This document shows positions 1-13,700 of a DNA stretch of 64,000 nucleotides, one piece after another (position 1 is the stretch's first letter; each line of letters starts with the position of its first letter). Position numbers and translations under genes: made by a program. The DNA is taken from the NCBI GenBank assembly GCA_964016885.1, contig OZ024740.1, forward strand, positions 33,790,001 to 33,854,000. Reading direction: 5' to 3'. The stretch is from Eledone cirrhosa. Lineage: Eukaryota. The notes beneath the pieces are model-generated. The model saw only the letters and a list, made by a program, of their open reading frames with translations. It did not search any database and was not told the origin of the DNA.

Positions 1-3000
1 ATCAACCATCTTTACTGCTATCTTCCAACTCTCTCTTACCATCAACCATCTTTACTGCTATCTTCTAACTCTCTCTTACCATCAGCCATCTTTACTGCTA
101 TCTTCCAACTCTCTCTCTTACCATCAACCATCTTTACTGCTATCTTCTAACTCTCTCTTACCATCAACCATCTTTACTGCTACCTTCCAACTCTCTCTTA
201 CCATCAACCATCTTTACTGCTATCTTCCAACTCTCTCTTACCAATAACCATCTTTACTGCTATCTTCTAACTCTCTCTTACCATCAACCATCTTTACTGC
301 TATCTTCCAACTCTCTCTTACCATCAACCATCTTTACTGTTATCTTCTAACTCTCTCTTACCATCAACCATCTTTACTGCTATCTTCTAACTCTCTCTTA
401 CCATCAACCATCTTTACTGCTATCTTCCAACTCTCTCTTACCATCAACCATCTTTACTGCTATCTTCCAACTGTCTCTTACCATCAACCATCTTTACTGC
501 TATCTTCCAACTGTCTCTTACCATCAACCATCTTTACTGCTACCTTCCAACTCTCTCTTACCATCAACCATCTTTACTGCTATCTTCCAACTGTCTCTAA
601 CCATCAACCATCTTTACTGCTATCTTCCAACTTTCTCTTACCATCAACCATCTTTACTGCTATCTTCCAACGCTCTCTTACCATCAACCATCTTTACTGC
701 TATCTTCCAACTCTCTCTTACCAATAACCATCTTTACTGCTATCCTCTAACTCTCTCTTACCATCAACCATCTTTACTGCTATCTTCCAACTCTCTCTTA
801 CCGTCAACCATCTTTACTGCTATCTTCCAACTCTCTCTTACCAATAACCATCTTTACTGCTATCTTCTAACTCTCTCTTACCATCAACCATCTTTACTGC
901 TATCTTCCAACTCTCTCTTACCAATAACCATCTTTACTGCCATCTTCCAACTCTCTCTTACCATCAACCATCTTTTCTGCTATCTTCCAACTCTCTCTCT
1001 TACCATCAACCCTCTTTACTGCTATCTTCCAACTCTCTCTTACCATCAACCATCTTTACTGCTATCTTCTAACTCTCTCTTACCATCAACCATCTTTACT
1101 GCTACCTTCCAACTCTCTCTTACCATCAACCATCTTTACTGCTATCTTCCAACTCTCTCTTACCAATAACCATCTTTACTGCTATCTTCCAACTCTCTCT
1201 TACCATCAACCATCTTTACTGCTATTTTCCAACTCTCTCTTACCATCAACCATCTTTACTGCTATCTTCCAACTCTCTCTTACCATCAACTATCTTTACT
1301 GCTATCTTCCAACTCTCTCTTACCATCAACCATCTTTACTGCTACCTTCCAAGTCTCTCTTACCATCAACCATCTTTACTGCTATCTTCCAACTCTCTCT
1401 TACCATCAACCATCTTTACTGCTATCTTCCAACTCTCTCTTACCATCAACTATCTTTACTGCTATCTTCCAACTCTCTCTTACCATCAACCATCTTTACT
1501 GCTAACTTCCAACTCTCTTTTACCAATAACCATCTTTACTGCTATCTTCCAACTCTCTCTTACCATCAACCATCTTTACTGCTATCTTCCAACTCTCTCT
1601 TACCATCAACCATCTTTACTGCTATCTTCCGACTCTCTCTTACCATCAACCATCTTTACTGCTATCTTCCAACTCTCTCTTACCATCAACCATCTTTACT
1701 GCTATCTTCCAACTCTCTCTTACCATCAACCATCTTTACTGCTATCTTCCAACTCTCTCTTACCATCAATCATCTTTACTGCTATCTTCCAACTCTCTCT
1801 TACCGTCAACCATCTTTACTGCTACCTTCCAACTCTCACTTACCATCAACCATCTTTACTGCTATCTTCCAACTCTCTCTTACCATCAACCATCTTTACT
1901 GCTATCTTCCAACTCTCTCTTACCATCAACCATCTTTACTGCTATCTTCCAACTCTCTCTTACCATCAACCATCTTTACTGCTATCTTCCAACTCTCTCT
2001 TACCATCAATCATCTTTACTGCTATCTTCCAACTCTCTCTTACCATCAATCATCTTTACTGCTATCTTCCAACTCTCACTTACCATCAACCATCTTTACT
2101 GCTACCTTCCAACTCTCACTTACCATCAACCATCTTTACTGCTATCTTCCAACTCTCTCTTACCATCAACCATCTTTACTGCTATCTTCCAACTCTCTCT
2201 TACCAATAACCCTCTTTACTGCTATCTTCTAACTCTCTCTTACCATCAACCATCTTTACTGCTATCTTCAAACTCTCTCTTACCAATAACCATCTTTACT
2301 GCCATCTTCCAACTCTCTCTTACCATCAACCATCTTTTCTGCTATCTTCCAACTCTCTCTCTTACCATCAACCATCTTTACTGCTATCTTCCAACTCTCT
2401 CTTACCATCTTTACTGCTATCTTCTAACTCTCTCTTACCATCAACCATCTTTACTGCTATCTTCCAACTCTCTCTCTTACCATCAACCATCTTTACTGCT
2501 ATTTTCTAACTCTCTCTTACCATCAACCATCTTTACTGCTACCTTCCAACTCTCTCTGACCATCAACCATCTTTACTGCTACCTTCCAACTCACTCTTAC
2601 CATCAACCATCTTTACTGCTATCTTCCAACTCTCTCTCTTACCATCAACCATCTTTACTGCTATCTTCCAACTGTCTCTTACCATCAACCATCTTTACTG
2701 CTACCTTCCAACTCTCTCTTACCATCAACCATCTTTACTGCTATCTTCTAACTCTCTCTTACCATCAACCATCTTTACTGCTATCTTCCAACTCTCTCTT
2801 ACCATCAACCATCTTTACTGCTATCTTCCAACTGTCTCTTACCATCAACCATCTTTACTGCTATCTTCCAACTGTCTCTTACCATCAACCATCTTTACTG
2901 CTATCTTCCAACTCTCTCTTACCATCAACCATCTTTACTGCTATCTTCCAACTGTCTCTAACCATCAACCATCTTTACTGCTATCTTCCAACTCTCTCTT

Positions 3001-6000
3001 ACCATCAACCATCTTTACTGCTATCTTCCAACGCTCTCTTACCATCAACCATCTTTACTGCTATCTTCCAACTCTCTCTTACCAATAACCATCTTTACTG
3101 CTATCCTCTAACTCTCTCTTACCATCAACCATCTTTACTGCTATCTTCCAACTCTCTCTTACCGTCAACCATCTTTACTGCTATCTTCCAACTCTCTCTT
3201 ACCAATAACCATCTTTACTGCTATCTTCTAACTCTCTCTTACCATCAACCATCTTTACTGCTATCTTCCAACTCTCTCTTACCAATAACCATCTTTACTG
3301 CCATCTTCCAACTCTCTCTTACCATCAACCATCTTTTCTGCTATCTTCCAACTCTCTCTCTTACCATCAACCCTCTTTACTGCTATCTTCCAACTCTCTC
3401 TTACCATCAACCATCTTTACTGCTATCTTCTAACTCTCTCTTACCATCAACCATCTTTACTGCTATCTTCCAACTCTCTCTCTTACCATCAACCATCTTT
3501 ACTGCTATCTTCCAACTCTCTCTTACCATCAACCATCTTTACTGCTACCTTCCAACTCTCTCTTACCATCAACCATCTTTACTGCTACCTTCCAACTCTC
3601 TCTTACCATCAACCATCTTTAATGCTATCTTCTAACTCTCTCTTACCATCAACCATCTTTACTGCTATCTTCCAACTCTCTCTTACCAATAACCATCTTT
3701 ACTGCTATCTTCCAACTGTCTCTTACCATCAACCATCTTTACTGCTATCTTCTAACTCTCTCTTACCAATAACCATCTTTACTGCTATCTTCCAACTCTC
3801 TCTTACCATCAACCATCTTTACTGCTATCTTCCAACTCTCTCTTACCAATAACCATCTTTACTGCTATCTTCCAACTCTCTCTTACCATCAACCATCTTA
3901 ACTGCTATCTTCCAACTCTCTCTTACCATCAACCATCTTTACTGCTATCTTCCAACTCTCTCTTACCATCAACTATCTTTACTGCTATCTTCCAACTCTC
4001 TCTTACCATCAACCATCTTTACTGCTACCTTCTAACTCTCTCTTACCATCAACCATCTTTACTGCTACCTTCCAACTCTCTCTTACCATCAACCATCTTT
4101 ACTGCTATCTTCCAACTCTCTCTTACCATCAACCATCTTTACTGCTATCTTCCAACTCTCTCTTACCATCAACCATCTTTACTGCTATCTTCCGACTCTC
4201 TCTTACCATCAACCATCTTTACTGCTATCTTCCAACTCTCTCTTACCATCAACCATCTTTACTGCTATCTCCCAACTCTCTCTTACCATCAACCATCTTT
4301 ACTGCTATCTTCCAACTCTCTCTTACCATCAACCATCTTTACTGTTATCTTCTAACTCTCTCTTACCATCAACCATCTTTACTGCTATCTTCTAACTCTC
4401 TCTTATCCTTCAAACATCTTTACTGCTATCTTCCAACTCTCTCTTACCAATAACCGTCTTTACTGCTATCTTCTAACTCTCCCTTACCATCAACCATCTT
4501 TACTGCTATCTTCCAACTCTCTCTTACCAATAACCATCTTTACTGCCATCTTCCAACTCTCTCTTACCATCAACCATCTTTACTGCTATCTTCCAACTCT
4601 CTCTTACCATCAACTATCTTTACTGCTATCTTCCAACTCTCTCTTACCATCAACCATCTTTACTGCTAACTTCCAACTCTCTCTTACCAATAGCCATCTT
4701 TACTGCTATCTTCCAACTCTCTCTTACCATCAACCATCTTTACTGCTATCTTCCAACTCTCTCTTACCAATAACCATCTTTACTGCTATCTTCCAACTCT
4801 CTCTTACCATCAACCATCTTAACTGCTATCTTCCAACTCTCTCTTACCATCAACCATCTTTACTGCTATCTTCCAACTCTCTCTTACCATCAACTATCTT
4901 TACTGCTATCTTCCAACTCTCTCTTACCATCAACCATCTTTACTGCTACCTTCCAACTCTCTCTTACCATCAACCATCTTTACTGCTATCTTCCAACTCT
5001 CTCTTACCATCAACCATCTTTACTGCTATCTTCCAACTCTCTCTTACCATCAACCATCTTTACTGCTAACTTCCAACTCTCTCTTACCATCAACCATCTT
5101 TACTGCTAACTTCCAACTCTCTCTTACCAATAACCATCTTTACTGCTATCTTCTAACTCTCTCTTACCATCAACCATCTTTACTGCTATCTTCCAACTCT
5201 CTCTTACCATCAACCATCTTTACTGCTATCTTCTAACTCTCTCTTACCATCAACCATCTTTACTGCTACCTTCCAACTCTCTCTTACCATCAACCATCTT
5301 TACTGCTATCTTCCAACTCTCTCTTACCATCAACCATCTTTACTGCTATCTTCCAACTCTCTCTTACCATCAACCATCTTTACTGCTATCTTCCGACTCT
5401 CTCTTACCATCAACCATCTTTACTGCTATCTTCCAACTCTCTCTTACCATCAACCATCTTTACTGCTATCTCCCAACTCTCTCTTACCATCAACCATCTT
5501 TACTGCTATCTTCCAACTCTCTCTTACCATCAACCATCTTTACTGTTATCTTCTAACTCTCTCTTACCATCAACCATCTTTACTGCTATCTTCTAACTCT
5601 CTCTTATCCTTCAAACATCTTTACTGCTATCTTCCAACTCTCTCTTACCAATAACCGTCTTTACTGCTATCTTCTAACTCTCCCTTACCATCAACCATCT
5701 TTACTGCTATCTTCCAACTCTCTCTTACCAATAACCATCTTTACTGCCATCTTCCAACTCTCTCTTACCATCAACCATCTTTACTGCTATCTTCCAACTC
5801 TCTCTTACCATCAACTATCTTTACTGCTATCTTCCAACTCTCTCTTACCATCAACCATCTTTACTGCTAACTTCCAACTCTCTCTTACCAATAACCATCT
5901 TTACTGCTATCTTCTAACTCTCTCTTACCATCAACCATCTTTACTGCTATCTTCCAACTCTCTCTTACCATCAACCATCTTTACTGTTATCTTCTAACTC

Positions 6001-9000
6001 TCTCTTACCATCAACCATCTTTACTGCTATCTTCCAACTCTCTCTTACCATCAACCATCTTTACTGCTATCTTCTAACTCTCTCTTACCATCAGCCATCT
6101 TTACTGCTATCTTCCAACTCTCTCTCTTACCATCAACCATCTTTACTGCTATCTTCTAACTCTCTCTTACCATCAACCATCTTTACTGCTACCTTCCAAC
6201 TCTCTCTTACCATCAACCATCTTTACTGCTATCTTCCAACTCTCTCTTACCAATAACCATCTTTACTGCTATCTTCTAACTCTCTCTTACCATCAACCAT
6301 CTTTACTGCTATCTTCCAACTCTCTCTTACCATCAACCATCTTTACTGTTATCTTCTAACTCTCTCTTACCATCAACCATCTTTACTGCTATCTTCTAAC
6401 TCTCTCTTACCATCAACCATCTTTACTGCTATCTTCCAACTCTCTCTTACCATCAACCATCTTTACTGCTATCTTCCAACTGTCTCTTACCATCAACCAT
6501 CTTTACTGCTATCTTCCAACTGTCTCTTACCATCAACCATCTTTACTGCTACCTTCCAACTCTCTCTTACCATCAACCATCTTTACTGCTATCTTCCAAC
6601 TGTCTCTAACCATCAACCATCTTTACTGCTATCTTCCAACTTTCTCTTACCATCAACCATCTTTACTGCTATCTTCCAACGCTCTCTTACCATCAACCAT
6701 CTTTACTGCTATCTTCCAACTCTCTCTTACCAATAACCATCTTTACTGCTATCCTCTAACTCTCTCTTACCATCAACCATCTTTACTGCTATCTTCCAAC
6801 TCTCTCTTACCGTCAACCATCTTTACTGCTATCTTCCAACTCTCTCTTACCAATAACCATCTTTACTGCTATCTTCTAACTCTCTCTTACCATCAACCAT
6901 CTTTACTGCTATCTTCCAACTCTCTCTTACCAATAACCATCTTTACTGCCATCTTCCAACTCTCTCTTACCATCAACCATCTTTTCTGCTATCTTCCAAC
7001 TCTCTCTCTTACCATCAACCCTCTTTACTGCTATCTTCCAACTCTCTCTTACCATCAACCATCTTTACTGCTATCTTCTAACTCTCTCTTACCATCAACC
7101 ATCTTTACTGCTACCTTCCAACTCTCTCTTACCATCAACCATCTTTACTGCTATCTTCCAACTCTCTCTTACCAATAACCATCTTTACTGCTATCTTCCA
7201 ACTCTCTCTTACCATCAACCATCTTTACTGCTATTTTCCAACTCTCTCTTACCATCAACCATCTTTACTGCTATCTTCCAACTCTCTCTTACCATCAACT
7301 ATCTTTACTGCTATCTTCCAACTCTCTCTTACCATCAACCATCTTTACTGCTACCTTCCAAGTCTCTCTTACCATCAACCATCTTTACTGCTATCTTCCA
7401 ACTCTCTCTTACCATCAACCATCTTTACTGCTATCTTCCAACTCTCTCTTACCATCAACTATCTTTACTGCTATCTTCCAACTCTCTCTTACCATCAACC
7501 ATCTTTACTGCTAACTTCCAACTCTCTTTTACCAATAACCATCTTTACTGCTATCTTCCAACTCTCTCTTACCATCAACCATCTTTACTGCTATCTTCCA
7601 ACTCTCTCTTACCATCAACCATCTTTACTGCTATCTTCCGACTCTCTCTTACCATCAACCATCTTTACTGCTATCTTCCAACTCTCTCTTACCATCAACC
7701 ATCTTTACTGCTATCTTCCAACTCTCTCTTACCATCAACCATCTTTACTGCTATCTTCCAACTCTCTCTTACCATCAATCATCTTTACTGCTATCTTCCA
7801 ACTCTCTCTTACCGTCAACCATCTTTACTGCTACCTTCCAACTCTCACTTACCATCAACCATCTTTACTGCTATCTTCCAACTCTCTCTTACCATCAACC
7901 ATCTTTACTGCTATCTTCCAACTCTCTCTTACCATCAACCATCTTTACTGCTATCTTCCAACTCTCTCTTACCATCAACCATCTTTACTGCTATCTTCCA
8001 ACTCTCTCTTACCATCAATCATCTTTACTGCTATCTTCCAACTCTCTCTTACCATCAATCATCTTTACTGCTATCTTCCAACTCTCACTTACCATCAACC
8101 ATCTTTACTGCTACCTTCCAACTCTCACTTACCATCAACCATCTTTACTGCTATCTTCCAACTCTCTCTTACCATCAACCATCTTTACTGCTATCTTCCA
8201 ACTCTCTCTTACCAATAACCCTCTTTACTGCTATCTTCTAACTCTCTCTTACCATCAACCATCTTTACTGCTATCTTCAAACTCTCTCTTACCAATAACC
8301 ATCTTTACTGCCATCTTCCAACTCTCTCTTACCATCAACCATCTTTTCTGCTATCTTCCAACTCTCTCTCTTACCATCAACCATCTTTACTGCTATCTTC
8401 CAACTCTCTCTTACCATCTTTACTGCTATCTTCTAACTCTCTCTTACCATCAACCATCTTTACTGCTATCTTCCAACTCTCTCTCTTACCATCAACCATC
8501 TTTACTGCTATTTTCTAACTCTCTCTTACCATCAACCATCTTTACTGCTACCTTCCAACTCTCTCTGACCATCAACCATCTTTACTGCTACCTTCCAACT
8601 CACTCTTACCATCAACCATCTTTACTGCTATCTTCCAACTCTCTCTCTTACCATCAACCATCTTTACTGCTATCTTCCAACTGTCTCTTACCATCAACCA
8701 TCTTTACTGCTACCTTCCAACTCTCTCTTACCATCAACCATCTTTACTGCTATCTTCTAACTCTCTCTTACCATCAACCATCTTTACTGCTATCTTCCAA
8801 CTCTCTCTTACCATCAACCATCTTTACTGCTATCTTCCAACTGTCTCTTACCATCAACCATCTTTACTGCTATCTTCCAACTGTCTCTTACCATCAACCA
8901 TCTTTACTGCTATCTTCCAACTCTCTCTTACCATCAACCATCTTTACTGCTATCTTCCAACTGTCTCTAACCATCAACCATCTTTACTGCTATCTTCCAA

Positions 9001-10722
9001 CTCTCTCTTACCATCAACCATCTTTACTGCTATCTTCCAACGCTCTCTTACCATCAACCATCTTTACTGCTATCTTCCAACTCTCTCTTACCAATAACCA
9101 TCTTTACTGCTATCCTCTAACTCTCTCTTACCATCAACCATCTTTACTGCTATCTTCCAACTCTCTCTTACCGTCAACCATCTTTACTGCTATCTTCCAA
9201 CTCTCTCTTACCAATAACCATCTTTACTGCTATCTTCTAACTCTCTCTTACCATCAACCATCTTTACTGCTATCTTCCAACTCTCTCTTACCAATAACCA
9301 TCTTTACTGCCATCTTCCAACTCTCTCTTACCATCAACCATCTTTTCTGCTATCTTCCAACTCTCTCTCTTACCATCAACCCTCTTTACTGCTATCTTCC
9401 AACTCTCTCTTACCATCAACCATCTTTACTGCTATCTTCTAACTCTCTCTTACCATCAACCATCTTTACTGCTATCTTCCAACTCTCTCTCTTACCATCA
9501 ACCATCTTTACTGCTATCTTCCAACTCTCTCTTACCATCAACCATCTTTACTGCTACCTTCCAACTCTCTCTTACCATCAACCATCTTTACTGCTACCTT
9601 CCAACTCTCTCTTACCATCAACCATCTTTAATGCTATCTTCTAACTCTCTCTTACCATCAACCATCTTTACTGCTATCTTCCAACTCTCTCTTACCAATA
9701 ACCATCTTTACTGCTATCTTCCAACTGTCTCTTACCATCAACCATCTTTACTGCTATCTTCTAACTCTCTCTTACCAATAACCATCTTTACTGCTATCTT
9801 CCAACTCTCTCTTACCATCAACCATCTTTACTGCTATCTTCCAACTCTCTCTTACCAATAACCATCTTTACTGCTATCTTCCAACTCTCTCTTACCATCA
9901 ACCATCTTAACTGCTATCTTCCAACTCTCTCTTACCATCAACCATCTTTACTGCTATCTTCCAACTCTCTCTTACCATCAACTATCTTTACTGCTATCTT
10001 CCAACTCTCTCTTACCATCAACCATCTTTACTGCTACCTTCTAACTCTCTCTTACCATCAACCATCTTTACTGCTACCTTCCAACTCTCTCTTACCATCA
10101 ACCATCTTTACTGCTATCTTCCAACTCTCTCTTACCATCAACCATCTTTACTGCTATCTTCCAACTCTCTCTTACCATCAACCATCTTTACTGCTATCTT
10201 CCGACTCTCTCTTACCATCAACCATCTTTACTGCTATCTTCCAACTCTCTCTTACCATCAACCATCTTTACTGCTATCTCCCAACTCTCTCTTACCATCA
10301 ACCATCTTTACTGCTATCTTCCAACTCTCTCTTACCATCAACCATCTTTACTGTTATCTTCTAACTCTCTCTTACCATCAACCATCTTTACTGCTATCTT
10401 CTAACTCTCTCTTATCCTTCAAACATCTTTACTGCTATCTTCCAACTCTCTCTTACCAATAACCGTCTTTACTGCTATCTTCTAACTCTCCCTTACCATC
10501 AACCATCTTTACTGCTATCTTCCAACTCTCTCTTACCAATAACCATCTTTACTGCCATCTTCCAACTCTCTCTTACCATCAACCATCTTTACTGCTATCT
10601 TCCAACTCTCTCTTACCATCAACTATCTTTACTGCTATCTTCCAACTCTCTCTTACCATCAACCATCTTTACTGCTAACTTCCAACTCTCTCTTACCAAT
10701 AGCCATCTTTACTGCTATCTTC
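1..10722. repeat. Higher-order duplication, offset 6009 bp (1..4713 matches 6010..10722; left end lies outside the window)
   Basis: Rare markers pair at +6009: ATCAGCC 81/6090, 7-bp deletion 2404/8413, ATG variant 3622/9631, TATCCTTCAAAC 4404/10413, AATAGCC 4689/10698. The match breaks at 4714(C)/10723(T). Confidence 0.9.
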
Positions 10723-13700
10723 TAACTCTCTCTTACCATCAACCATCTTTACTGCTATCTTCCAACTCTCTCTTACCATCAACCATCTTTACTGTTATCT
10801 TCTAACTCTCTCTTACCATCAACCATCTTTACTGCTATCTTCCAACTCTCTCTTACCATCAACCATCTTTACTGCTATCTTCTAACTCTCTCTTACCATC
10901 AACCATCTTTACTGCTATCTTCCAACTCTCTCTCTTACCATCAACCATCTTTACTGCTATCTTCTAACTCTCTCTTACCATCAACCATCTTTACTGCTAC
11001 CTTCCAACTCTCTCTTACCATCAACCATCTTTACTGCTATCTTCCAACTCTCTCTTACCAATAACCATCTTTACTGCTATCTTCTAACTCTCTCTTACCA
11101 TCAACCATCTTTACTGCTATCTTCCAACTCTCTCTTACCATCAACCATCTTTACTGTTATCTTCTAACTCTCTCTTACCATCAACCATCTTTACTGCTAT
11201 CTTCTAACTCTCTCTTACCATCAACCATCTTTACTGCTATCTTCCAACTCTCTCTTACCATCAACCATCTTTACTGCTATCTTCCAACTGTCTCTTACCA
11301 TCAACCATCTTTACTGCTATCTTCCAACTGTCTCTTACCATCAACCATCTTTACTGCTACCTTCCAACTCTCTCTTACCATCAACCATCTTTACTGCTAT
11401 CTTCCAACTGTCTCTAACCATCAACCATCTTTACTGCTATCTTCCAACTTTCTCTTACCATCAACCATCTTTACTGCTATCTTCCAACGCTCTCTTACCA
11501 TCAACCATCTTTACTGCTATCTTCCAACTCTCTCTTACCAATAACCATCTTTACTGCTATCCTCTAACTCTCTCTTACCATCAACCATCTTTACTGCTAT
11601 CTTCCAACTCTCTCTTACCGTCAACCATCTTTACTGCTATCTTCCAACTCTCTCTTACCAATAACCATCTTTACTGCTATCTTCTAACTCTCTCTTACCA
11701 TCAACCATCTTTACTGCTATCTTCCAACTCTCTCTTACCAATAACCATCTTTACTGCCATCTTCCAACTCTCTCTTACCATCAACCATCTTTTCTGCTAT
11801 CTTCCAACTCTCTCTCTTACCATCAACCCTCTTTACTGCTATCTTCCAACTCTCTCTTACCATCAACCATCTTTACTGCTATCTTCTAACTCTCTCTTAC
11901 CATCAACCATCTTTACTGCTACCTTCCAACTCTCTCTTACCATCAACCATCTTTACTGCTATCTTCCAACTCTCTCTTACCAATAACCATCTTTACTGCT
12001 ATCTTCCAACTCTCTCTTACCATCAACCATCTTTACTGCTATTTTCCAACTCTCTCTTACCATCAACCATCTTTACTGCTATCTTCCAACTCTCTCTTAC
12101 CATCAACTATCTTTACTGCTATCTTCCAACTCTCTCTTACCATCAACCATCTTTACTGCTACCTTCCAAGTCTCTCTTACCATCAACCATCTTTACTGCT
12201 ATCTTCCAACTCTCTCTTACCATCAACCATCTTTACTGCTATCTTCCAACTCTCTCTTACCATCAACTATCTTTACTGCTATCTTCCAACTCTCTCTTAC
12301 CATCAACCATCTTTACTGCTAACTTCCAACTCTCTCTTACCAATAACCATCTTTACTGCTATCTTCCAACTCTCTCTTACCATCAACCATCTTTACTGCT
12401 ATCTTCCAACTCTCTCTTACCATCAACCATCTTTACTGCTATCTTCCGACTCTCTCTTACCATCAACCATCTTTACTGCTACCTTCCAACTCTCTCTTAC
12501 CATCAACCATCTTTACTGCTATCTTCCAACTGTCTCTAACCATCAACCATCTTTACTGCTATCTTCCAACTTTCTCTTACCATCAACCATCTTTACTGCT
12601 ATCTTCCAACGCTCTCTTACCATCAACCATCTTTACTGCTATCTTCCAACTCTCTCTTACCAATAACCATCTTTACTGCTATCCTCTAACTCTCTCTTAC
12701 CATCAACCATCTTTACTGCTATCTTCCAACTCTCTCTTACCGTCAACCATCTTTACTGCTATCTTCCAACTCTCTCTTACCAATAACCATCTTTACTGCT
12801 ATCTTCTAACTCTCTCTTACCATCAACCATCTTTACTGCTATCTTCCAACTCTCTCTTACCAATAACCATCTTTACTGCCATCTTCCAACTCTCTCTTAC
12901 CATCAACCATCTTTTCTGCTATCTTCCAACTCTCTCTCTTACCATCAACCCTCTTTACTGCTATCTTCCAACTCTCTCTTACCATCAACCATCTTTACTG
13001 CTATCTTCTAACTCTCTCTTACCATCAACCATCTTTACTGCTACCTTCCAACTCTCTCTTACCATCAACCATCTTTACTGCTATCTTCCAACTCTCTCTT
13101 ACCAATAACCATCTTTACTGCTATCTTCCAACTCTCTCTTACCATCAACCATCTTTACTGCTATTTTCCAACTCTCTCTTACCATCAACCATCTTTACTG
13201 CTATCTTCCAACTCTCTCTTACCAATAACCATCTTTACTGCCATCTTCCAACTCTCTCTTACCATCAACCATCTTTACTGCTATCTTCCAACTCTCTCTT
13301 ACCATCAACTATCTTTACTGCTATCTTCCAACTCTCTCTTACCATCAACCATCTTTACTGCTAACTTCCAACTCTCTCTTACCAATAACCATCTTTACTG
13401 CTATCTTCTAACTCTCTCTTACCATCAACCATCTTTACTGCTATCTTCCAACTCTCTCTTACCATCAACCATCTTTACTGTTATCTTCTAACTCTCTCTT
13501 ACCATCAACCATCTTTACTGCTATCTTCCAACTCTCTCTTACCATCAACCATCTTTACTGCTATCTTCCAACTCTCTCTTACCGTCAACCATCTTTACTG
13601 CTATCTTCCAACTCTCTCTTACCAATAACCATCTTTACTGCTATCTTCTAACTCTCTCTTACCATCAACCATCTTTACTGCTATCTTCCAACTCTCTCTT

